Part shown: positions 29,258-37,030 of the stretch, piece after piece | Layout of the letters: each line of letters starts with the position of its first letter | Position numbering within the stretch: position 1 is the first letter of the stretch | From: an uncultured Burkholderiales bacterium | GTDB taxonomy: Bacteria; Bacteroidota; Bacteroidia; UBA8524 | Direction: 5' to 3' | Assembly (NCBI GenBank): GCA_964584305.1 | Contig: CAZOZL010000005.1 | Coordinates: 106,288 to 170,287, forward strand | Length of the DNA: 64,000 nucleotides | Notes under the pieces: generated by a model | Database searches by the model: none | Seen by the model: only the letters and a program-made list of their open reading frames with translations | What the model was told of the DNA's origin: nothing | Position numbers and translations under genes: made by a program

Positions 29258-29534
29258 AAGATTGTTGCAGGGGGCTATAACTCTGTATTTAGTTAGTGTT
29301 TTTTAGACTTTAGCATAGCTTTGTTTGGCTCATTTCCTACTCTACCACCACAGGAAGAAAATAGCTGCAGAGTCCTGCCAGTGTAGTCATTGCATGGCAA
29401 TTTTTGTCAAGATTACCTGCCCGAATACAACAGATTGCGAGATAGATTTCTTAGGCTATCTCGTAATGACGTGCATTTATACTTAACAACATAAACGAGG
29501 ATGGGTGGCTAAGGTTTTCACTTGCAACGGTCTT
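29258..29534. repeat. MITE-like 277-bp element with imperfect terminal inverted repeats
   Basis: The left end is AAGATTGTTGCAG. The reverse complement of the right end is AAGACCGTTGCAAG. An internal hairpin CGAGATAG-10nt-CTATCTCG+TAATGACG is an inverted module-D core. Confidence 0.4.
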
Positions 29535-29622
29535 AAACCATTTATAAACAGATTTATTTTTAAAGTGATAGATAGGAGGTCTGTAACCCTACTATAACTC
29601 AAAAAAAAATATCAAATTCATA

Positions 29623-30801
29623 TTATTTATTAGCTTTAATACCCATTTTTTTAGCTATTGCAGCAGGTATAGCATTTTTGTGTACCAATATATTGATGGT
29701 TTTGTATTGCACATACTCCCGCGAGGCATATAAATATCCTTCACACGAGTTGCCACTATAACTACCCCAAGAATTTTTTACTTTGTAATATACATTACCG
29801 CTTTGGTCTTTCACTATACCTGTAAGGTGCATACCATGGTCGTCTTGTGTGGTATAATTATCAAAGGCTTTTTGGCGAAGTTCCTGCGTAATAGTTTTTT
29901 GTTTTACAGGTGATGTAAATGCCTTATTCCACTCATCAGACCCTTTTTTGCCTAAATCTTCAGCAGGCTCAATTGCTAAACCATTTTTCCAGCTAAATCC
30001 TTTTTCGCTCACATCAGCTGCCCAAGCTACGCCGTATCCATTATTAAGTGCATTATCCAATACTTGCTGCATCTCGTTTAGTGGTATATTATGAAAAGTA
30101 TCCCACATCCAGTTATCAGGCACTTCTAATGCAAATGTAGAGTAAAACGGATGGTGTGTATATGATGTTATGGCTATATAATCATCCATATTTAAACCCA
30201 GTGATGCGGCATAACTTTTTGGGGTATATTTTTTTCCTTCGTATTCAAACTCTTTGGGTTCATCACCAAAATAAGCGTCTAATATGCCATCAATAGCATT
30301 TTGCCAAACATCGCTTAGTTTTTTATTATTTTTTGCTTTTAGTACTACATCAGCGGTAGCTTTTACCATAGCATCCAACTCGCCATGAACTGGGTTTTTA
30401 TCTCCAGTAATTTCATCACTACTATCTATTTCTAAGGGAATTATCCCATATTTTTTCCAAACATATTTAGTATCATGAAATGCCCCACCCGCAGCTAAAT
30501 TTATTTTACCGTGCATACGTACATATTTCTTCACTTTATCCTCATACGCTTTGCGAACAATATACATGGGTGCAAGTTTCACCTTTGGTTTTCCCATGCG
30601 TATTAGTTCACTCTCGAAAAACGATAATGATGAGTAACTCCAGCAGGTGCTACTTCGGTTTTGGCTCACTACGGCAGTAGCCTCAATATCTTTTACGGTA
30701 GTAAATGTATACTCGCTACCTTCTTTATTAGTAAATGTTGTTTGTGCTTGTGTAAACGAAAACGCTATAAAAAATAACGTGCTTAATACCATCTTTTTCA
30801 T
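29623..30801 (-). CDS. C1-family cysteine peptidase (aminopeptidase C / bleomycin hydrolase-like), exported
   Basis: Signal peptide present. QNRSSTCWSYSSLSFFE holds the catalytic Cys motif, with ..HGMHLTG..NSWG further on. Confidence 0.75.
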   Translation of the reverse strand: MKKMVLSTLFFIAFSFTQAQTTFTNKEGSEYTFTTVKDIEATAVVSQNRSSTCWSYSSLSFFESELIRMGKPKVKLAPMYIVRKAYEDKVKKYVRMHGKINLAAGGAFHDTKYVWKKYGIIPLEIDSSDEITGDKNPVHGELDAMVKATADVVLKAKNNKKLSDVWQNAIDGILDAYFGDEPKEFEYEGKKYTPKSYAASLGLNMDDYIAITSYTHHPFYSTFALEVPDNWMWDTFHNIPLNEMQQVLDNALNNGYGVAWAADVSEKGFSWKNGLAIEPAEDLGKKGSDEWNKAFTSPVKQKTITQELRQKAFDNYTTQDDHGMHLTGIVKDQSGNVYYKVKNSWGSYSGNSCEGYLYASREYVQYKTINILVHKNAIPAAIAKKMGIKANK

Positions 30802-30892
30802 ACGTTAAAAGTAAGTAAGCATAAAAACATAAACAAATGAAATATTGGTAAACCTCTAATTTTGATAATTAGGTATTTTGATTGGCTTAAAC

Positions 30893-32545
30893 TTATTTGT
30901 TCACCATCAATCGTGAGCGGAAGTTTCTACCTTCAGCAGTAGTAGCTACTATTTGATAAACGCCTTGTGCTAAATTGTTTATAATGATAGGTTGGTTTTG
31001 ATATGAAATATATTGCTGTAACACTTCTGCACCTACTGCATTAAGTATTTTTAGGGTAACGGGTTGCCCATTTTGTGAAATAGCATTAAAGGGAATAAAA
31101 AACTGTTTTGGGGCAGGATTAGGATATACCCTAAAATTGGTATAGCTAACTACTTCAACTACCGAGGTTGAATTATCTATATTTAATAAATATTCAAAAC
31201 TTTTATCAATGTTTATTCTACCAGCCCCCATTTTATTGATATAATTAGGGTTTTTGTCATTAATATTATCACATCCACCCTTAATAATAGCTTCTATCTG
31301 GCTCACTCTATCGGGTTCCATTGAAAGTATTAAACCAGCAAAACCAGCAACTATGGGTGCCGCCATTGATGTGCCTGAAAGATAACCGTAGCTACCATTA
31401 TCAGTGCTTACTGTGCTATATATTTCAACACCTGGTGCCATCACATCTATATAGCTACCATAGTTACTTTTATTCCACAATACATCATCTCTATTGGTAG
31501 CCCCAACGGCAATTACGCCATCATAGGCAGCGGGGTAAAAAAGAACATCACTTTTTGAATTACCCGCAGCAGCTACTATAATAATACCTTTACTTATGGC
31601 TTCATTAATTTTAGCTTGGGCAACAATTGATGGATGGAGAGAACCAAATGAGCAGTTTATTATATCAACGTTTCTTTTTATTGCATAGGTAAACGCATCA
31701 TCAATATTAAACAAAACAACATCATTGGGTTTACCGCCTATTATTCCAGCGGCTTTTATGCTTAAAATTCTGTTGTTTACTCCTAAAGAGGCTATGCCTA
31801 CCTTATTGCCAGCCCCTGCACCTATAATGCCTGAAACATGAGTGCCATGCCAGCCAAAGGCTGCATATTTTGGATTGTTACGAAAGGTATTATCAATAGT
31901 ATGTGGACTGGGGTTGCTATTATTTTCAGCTACATTCCACCCATAGTAATCATCAATAAAACCGTTGCCATCGTTATCTTTTCCATCTCCAGCAACTTCA
32001 TTTCTATTCTCTGCAATTTTACTAATTAAATCTTCGTGATTATACTGCACTCCATTATCTATAACTGCAACCACTTTAGCCCTACTCAAATCAAGTTTTA
32101 ACTCCCACGATGAGTTCATATTAATAACTTTGAAATACCATTGCTTGTTCTCATCCAAATCAAGAGGTTTTGCATCTATTGAATATACTGGAATACGCTC
32201 GGCATACTCAACATCTTTATTATTATTAAGGGCTTTGACTAAAGCGTTTATGTCAGACCCTTGTTTTAAAGTTACTTTATAAATGTTTTTTAATTCTTCG
32301 AAATTTGTAGAAAAAGCATTTAGCATACTCATTCCACCATAATTTTTTATTACCTCCCAAGCACTTTTGCCAATATTAGGATTATCAGGATGTGGAATGT
32401 ATTGCACCTCTAAAGCGTGAGAAGAGGGGGGTATTATTTTTACATATAGCTGGTTTGAGATAAAACCACTGTCAACAGATATTTGTGCCAAGCCTTGTGA
32501 AACACCGGCTATAAAAATAATGATATGTAAAATATATTTTTTCAT
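30893..32545 (-). CDS. S8 subtilisin-family serine peptidase with T9SS type-A CTD
   Basis: The catalytic triad contexts are VAVIDNG, HGTHVSGIIGA and GTSMAAPIVAG. The CTD is FRVYPNPAPKQFFI..GVYQIVATT. Confidence 0.85.
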   Translation of the reverse strand: MKKYILHIIIFIAGVSQGLAQISVDSGFISNQLYVKIIPPSSHALEVQYIPHPDNPNIGKSAWEVIKNYGGMSMLNAFSTNFEELKNIYKVTLKQGSDINALVKALNNNKDVEYAERIPVYSIDAKPLDLDENKQWYFKVINMNSSWELKLDLSRAKVVAVIDNGVQYNHEDLISKIAENRNEVAGDGKDNDGNGFIDDYYGWNVAENNSNPSPHTIDNTFRNNPKYAAFGWHGTHVSGIIGAGAGNKVGIASLGVNNRILSIKAAGIIGGKPNDVVLFNIDDAFTYAIKRNVDIINCSFGSLHPSIVAQAKINEAISKGIIIVAAAGNSKSDVLFYPAAYDGVIAVGATNRDDVLWNKSNYGSYIDVMAPGVEIYSTVSTDNGSYGYLSGTSMAAPIVAGFAGLILSMEPDRVSQIEAIIKGGCDNINDKNPNYINKMGAGRINIDKSFEYLLNIDNSTSVVEVVSYTNFRVYPNPAPKQFFIPFNAISQNGQPVTLKILNAVGAEVLQQYISYQNQPIIINNLAQGVYQIVATTAEGRNFRSRLMVNK

Positions 32546-32630
32546 CTCTTAAGTCTTTAATTAAGACGGCATATCAAATATAAATATTTGTAGTCGGAAT
32601 AAAAAGTTTATTCATCGAATATTTTAGGGT

Positions 32631-32666
32631 AAAAAAAGCCCTGTGATATTTTACTATCAGCAGGGC
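32631..32666 (-). terminator. Intrinsic terminator of 32700..34115
   Basis: The minus strand reads GCCCTGCTGATA-gtaaaa-TATCACAGGGC followed by TTTTTTT. Confidence 0.7.
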
Positions 32667-32699
32667 AAACACCTAATCAATATTTTTTATAAAATCCAT

Positions 32700-34115
32700 T
32701 TAAAACCTAAATGCTAAACCTGTTGTAGCACCAATGGAATATGGTTTTATATCTACTTCATATTTTTTATTAGCAGCAGATGTTACCGCCCTGCGATAAT
32801 TAATACCTAATGTAGCTACCCACCTATCAGTAATTTTATATTGTCCGCCTATGCTACCACTAAGCATTATATAGTTTTTATACATATCGGTATAATTACC
32901 CTGTGCATTTGGTGCAGTCATTTCAGTACCATAAAAAGTCTCGTACAGATAATACTCGTATTTTTGTAATAAATTTAGTGCTACGCCACCGCTGGCAAAA
33001 AGTCCCCATTTTTTAGTAATATCTCTGCTATATCCTATCTCTAAAGGTATTTGGATATACTGGTAGGTATTTTGTTTTTGTATAGTAGTACCCACTGCCA
33101 CGCTATCTTCGTAATTTGGCGGTCTAACGGCAATAGTTTGATTTTCTCTTAATTTTATATCATACGCTACATTTTCGCTGGTAGAGAAGATACCAATCCC
33201 CGATTTGATGAATAATTTTTTAACAGGGTAAAAACCTAACTCAATTCCATAGCTATGACCATAGCCTCTTTTTTCGTAATTATTCCTATTTTTTGCAGTG
33301 GGGTAAAAAAATGAAGGATTAATATCAGTTACTGTTCTGTATGTTTGGTTGTAGCCAAACATAGTCCCCACAAACCATCGGTTTTTTAAACCTTTATTTA
33401 GTTTTGTCTTAGTCCCTTTTTCAACTTCTTTTTTAGGTGTATCAGTTTTAGCAATTATATCTTTTGTAGCTACTTCTTTAGTATTTGTATTTCCTGTGGT
33501 TTTCTCTTTTCCTTTGGGAGTAGCCTGTGGCAATACTTTTTCTTTTTTATTCTTTTTTATTGAGTGAAGGTTGTTATCAGTCTCTTTATCTTTTTCAATA
33601 ACTGTGGTATTGGTGCTATTACCATTTTCAGTAGGTAAGGGTACACTATTTGGTGCATCAACTATTGGCGGTGGTGGCACTGTATTAGTGGGTACAGGGT
33701 TATTGGTAACTGTATTACTATTTGTTTCCTTTGCGGTGCTATTAGCTGCGGCTAATGTGGTTGTATTTTTAGTAGCAGTATTACTTTTTGGCACAGTGGT
33801 TTCGTTTTTTGTAACGGTATTAGGCATTTTTGGGAAAATAATCTCAACCGTATTTTGTACCACTATATTAGGTTGTGTAGCATTGGTATTTAGTATCAAA
33901 AAAGTAATTATACCACTTGAAAGGACTACTATAGCCACAGATGAGAACCACCATAAAAATCTTTTTTTGCGGTTGGCATCTTTCTTATCCATTTCGTGGT
34001 GTATTCTATCCCACACGCTGGTAGAAAGTTCAGGCTCGTGTGCGTCCATGCGCTGCCTCAACTTGTTTTTCAAGCCGTCGTTTTCGTTATAATCATTTAG
34101 GTTCACAATTTTCAT
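32700..34115 (-). CDS. Membrane-anchored protein: short cytoplasmic N-terminus, one TM, T/N/P/K-rich linker, C-terminal OMP-type beta-barrel (putative anti-sigma partner)
   Basis: The TM segment is FLWWFSSVAIVVLSSGIITFLIL. The low-complexity stretch is roughly residues 80-235. The C-terminal ~230 aa are beta-strand rich and end GLAFRF. The start is 26 nt downstream of the ECF sigma gene. Confidence 0.55.
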   Translation of the reverse strand: MKIVNLNDYNENDGLKNKLRQRMDAHEPELSTSVWDRIHHEMDKKDANRKKRFLWWFSSVAIVVLSSGIITFLILNTNATQPNIVVQNTVEIIFPKMPNTVTKNETTVPKSNTATKNTTTLAAANSTAKETNSNTVTNNPVPTNTVPPPPIVDAPNSVPLPTENGNSTNTTVIEKDKETDNNLHSIKKNKKEKVLPQATPKGKEKTTGNTNTKEVATKDIIAKTDTPKKEVEKGTKTKLNKGLKNRWFVGTMFGYNQTYRTVTDINPSFFYPTAKNRNNYEKRGYGHSYGIELGFYPVKKLFIKSGIGIFSTSENVAYDIKLRENQTIAVRPPNYEDSVAVGTTIQKQNTYQYIQIPLEIGYSRDITKKWGLFASGGVALNLLQKYEYYLYETFYGTEMTAPNAQGNYTDMYKNYIMLSGSIGGQYKITDRWVATLGINYRRAVTSAANKKYEVDIKPYSIGATTGLAFRF

Positions 34116-34141
34116 TGCTTATAGTATAGCTTTTGCTATGT

Positions 34142-34699
34142 TTAAAGTATTTTATGTTTTAAAAAAAAATTCCGCTCGCTGTTTTTCAGCATAGTTTGCA
34201 ATAATGTTCTTGCCCTTGCATATTGCGATTTTGATGTTCCTATTGAAATACCCAATTGTTCGGCTACTTCTGCATGGCTATACCCCTCAATGGCAAAAAG
34301 GACAAATACCATTCGCCCCCCCTCTGGCAGTTTTTGTATTGCTTTTACAATATCTTCGGTAGCAAACATATCAATATCAATACTTGATACTTTGTGCCCT
34401 GCCTCGTCTATATCCACCTCTATATATTTCATCCGCTTCATTTTGCGGTAATAATCAGTAGCGGTATTTACTATTATTCTTCTTATCCACCCCTCAAAAC
34501 TTCCTACGGGTTTAAACTTTTTAAGATTCTGAAAAACCTTAATAAAGCCCTCTTGCAAAATATTTTCAGCCTCATAACTGTCTCTTGTGTAGCAAAGACA
34601 CACTGTCAGCATTTTCCGGGCATACTTCTCGTACAGGTGTTTTTGGTATAACCTATCGTTGTTTATGCATCCTTTTATGAGTTCTTTATCACTTATCAT
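34142..34699 (-). CDS. ECF-type RNA polymerase sigma factor
   Basis: ENILQEGFIKVF..GWIRRIIVNTATDYYRK and GYSHAEVAEQLGISIGTSKSQYARAR. Confidence 0.85.
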   Translation of the reverse strand: MISDKELIKGCINNDRLYQKHLYEKYARKMLTVCLCYTRDSYEAENILQEGFIKVFQNLKKFKPVGSFEGWIRRIIVNTATDYYRKMKRMKYIEVDIDEAGHKVSSIDIDMFATEDIVKAIQKLPEGGRMVFVLFAIEGYSHAEVAEQLGISIGTSKSQYARARTLLQTMLKNSERNFFLKHKIL

Positions 34700-34867
34700 C
34701 CTTTACATAGAGTAAGGCGTTTACTATATTAAACGGTATTTAATGTTTGTGGGTTGTAATTATGTGAAAAAAATGTTTACGTTTTAGTATTTACAATTTC
34801 AATATAGTAAACTCGTAGTGAATTATATTATTTTGAATATTAGCATTTTTTGTTAAATAGCATAGGC

Positions 34868-34950
34868 ATGAATGCCTATGCTATACATAAAATTTTTGTT
34901 AAGGTTATGAATTGCGGTAGGTTTCAACCTGCTGCAAGAAAGCCTTTCGA
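34868..34950 (+). repeat. Module A copy (both hairpins)
   Basis: AGCATAGGCAT-ga-ATGCCTATGCT (34868-34891) and TTGCGGTAGGT-ttca-ACCTGCTGCAA (34921-34946). Confidence 0.8.
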
Positions 34951-35121
34951 TTTTGTGGATAATTGTAACCTAAGTATTAAATCGGGCGAGGTGATAAGGA
35001 AACAAGTCTATCAACAATATCTAATAATACAAATTACCGAGAAATGGACTACGGGTTAGTATTTATTAGACGTAGAAAAATATCTACATATCTAATTTAG
35101 CTCTGTTTAAAAAACGTACCT

Positions 35122-35622
35122 TTGTTAGGTTTAAAAAACAAATACCTTATTAAAGTGAGCCTATCCGTTATTATTATTCTTATTGTTGTTGGCATTATAC
35201 TGCTTGTATTAGAGATATTAGTAGTGCCTGGTGGCATATTGGGTATAGCTGCTTTAGGCATGATAGGTTTTGGTGTTTATAGTGCCTACGAGGTATACGG
35301 CAGCACCACTGGGCATATTGTATTGGTTGTTTCTGTTGCTGCAACTGTTGCAGCTGTATATTATAGTTTAAAATCGGGGGTGTGGCATCGCATAGCTTCA
35401 AAGGGTAAGATTGATAGTAAAGCTAATGAGGTGGATAGCACGCATGTGCAAGTGGGCACAATTGGGGTAACAATATCAGATATTCGCCCAATGGGTACTG
35501 CCTTGTTTGGAGTTGAAAAATACGAGGTGAGTAGCGAAGGTGAGAAAATACCCGTACATTCGGATATCACAGTAATGCGTATAGAAGGAAACAAAATAAT
35601 TATTCAAAAAACTGATAAATAA
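35122..35622 (+). CDS. NfeD-family membrane protein
   Basis: The N-terminal TM region reads IILLVLEILVVPGGILGIAALG and the C-terminus is OB-like. It sits upstream of floA. The start is uncertain: TTG at 35122 or GTG at 35155. Confidence 0.7.
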   Translation: MLGLKNKYLIKVSLSVIIILIVVGIILLVLEILVVPGGILGIAALGMIGFGVYSAYEVYGSTTGHIVLVVSVAATVAAVYYSLKSGVWHRIASKGKIDSKANEVDSTHVQVGTIGVTISDIRPMGTALFGVEKYEVSSEGEKIPVHSDITVMRIEGNKIIIQKTDK

Positions 35623-35628
35623 ACTACC

Positions 35629-36606
35629 ATGGATTTAACCATTATTTTTTTAACTGTTGGGGGATTGATTACCCTATTAGTATTTACCTACTTTGTACCC
35701 ATACGTTTATGGTTTACTGCCATAATATCGGGTGTTAGTGTAAACCTATTACAACTGGTGCTAATGCGCCTGCGTAAAGTACCACCATCACTAATAGTAA
35801 ATGCGTTGATTAACGCTACTAAAGCGGGTTTGAAAATTACATTAAACGAAATGGAAACCCACTATTTGGCTGGGGGAAATGTGAACAATGTGATAAGAGC
35901 ACTTATTAGTGCTGATAAAGCCAATATACCTTTAGACTTTAAAATGGCTACGGCTATTGATTTAGCAGGACGTGATGTATTTGAAGCAGTGAAACTCTCC
36001 GTTGACCCACGTGTGGTAAATATACCCCCTGTTGCAGCAGTGGCAAAAGATGGTATCCAGCTAATTGCAAAAGCTCGTGTAACTGTGCGTACAAATATAC
36101 GTCAACTTGTGGGGGGTGCAGGCGAAGAAACTATTTTGGCTCGTGTGGGCGAAGGTATTGTAACTACCATAGGTAGTGCAAAAAATCACAAAGAAGTAAT
36201 AGAAAACCCAGACCGTATTTCTACCGTTGTATTAGAGAAAGGCTTAGACTCGGGTACTGCTTTCGAAATTTTATCTATTGATATAGCTGATATAGATATA
36301 GGAAGTAATATTGGTGCAAAACTACAAACCGACCAAGCCGAAGCCGATTTGAAAGTAGCCAATGCCCGTGCCGAAGAACGCCGTGCTATGGCAGTAGCTG
36401 CCGAGCAAGAATTTAAAGCAAAAATACAAGAAGCACGTACTAAAGTGATTGAAGCTGAGGCTGAAATACCATTGGCAATAGCAGAATCTTTTAGAAGTGG
36501 TAATTTAGGGATTATGGATTACTACAAAATGCAAAATATACAAGCTGATACCGATATGCGTGAAAGTATTGCAAAACCTAAAAATAGTAACCCTAAGAAA
36601 AAATAA
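35629..36606 (+). CDS. floA: Flotillin-like protein FloA (UPF0365/YqfA family)
   Basis: [60 protein letters not shown]. Confidence 0.8.
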   Translation: MDLTIIFLTVGGLITLLVFTYFVPIRLWFTAIISGVSVNLLQLVLMRLRKVPPSLIVNALINATKAGLKITLNEMETHYLAGGNVNNVIRALISADKANIPLDFKMATAIDLAGRDVFEAVKLSVDPRVVNIPPVAAVAKDGIQLIAKARVTVRTNIRQLVGGAGEETILARVGEGIVTTIGSAKNHKEVIENPDRISTVVLEKGLDSGTAFEILSIDIADIDIGSNIGAKLQTDQAEADLKVANARAEERRAMAVAAEQEFKAKIQEARTKVIEAEAEIPLAIAESFRSGNLGIMDYYKMQNIQADTDMRESIAKPKNSNPKKK

Positions 36607-36623
36607 TTTCTTAATAACGCATA

Positions 36624-36658
36624 AAAGCCCTGCTAATAAACTATTAGCAGGGCTTTTT
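36624..36658 (+). terminator. Intrinsic terminator of floA
   Basis: AAAGCCCTGCTAATA-aac-TATTAGCAGGGCTTTTT. Confidence 0.8.
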
Positions 36659-36687
36659 GTTTATGTCATTTCACGGGCAGCCATACT

Positions 36688-36937
36688 TTAAAGTTTTTGT
36701 TTAAGGTTATGAATTGCGGCAGGTTGAAACCTGCCGCAAGAAAACGCCTGAACAGCACGTAATGGCAGTTTTACACCTCCCTTCCATCCCTCCTTCTTAG
36801 GAGGGGAAACGCCGCACAGGCTTTTTATTAGCCCTTGCCAATGCCAATGTATTGCAGTTTTTACCTGTACCACAATTTGGCTTCCCTTTAATGGGAGGGG
36901 CGCTTATTTGGTAGTGCTAATAGTTAATTTAGGGGGT
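36688..36937 (+). repeat. Composite repeat A(partial)-C-B
   Basis: Hairpin 2 lies at 36714-36739 and has loop TGAA. Module C runs from 36766 to about 36854 (CCCTCC-ttctta-GGAGGG). Module B runs from 36855 to about 36935. Confidence 0.8.
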
Positions 36938-37030
36938 GTCATAACTTGTAAAATACTAACGCAAATCACAGTATAAATAAAAATGGAAAGTGAGAAAAAC
37001 TAAAAATTATAACAAATTCATACTATTAGA

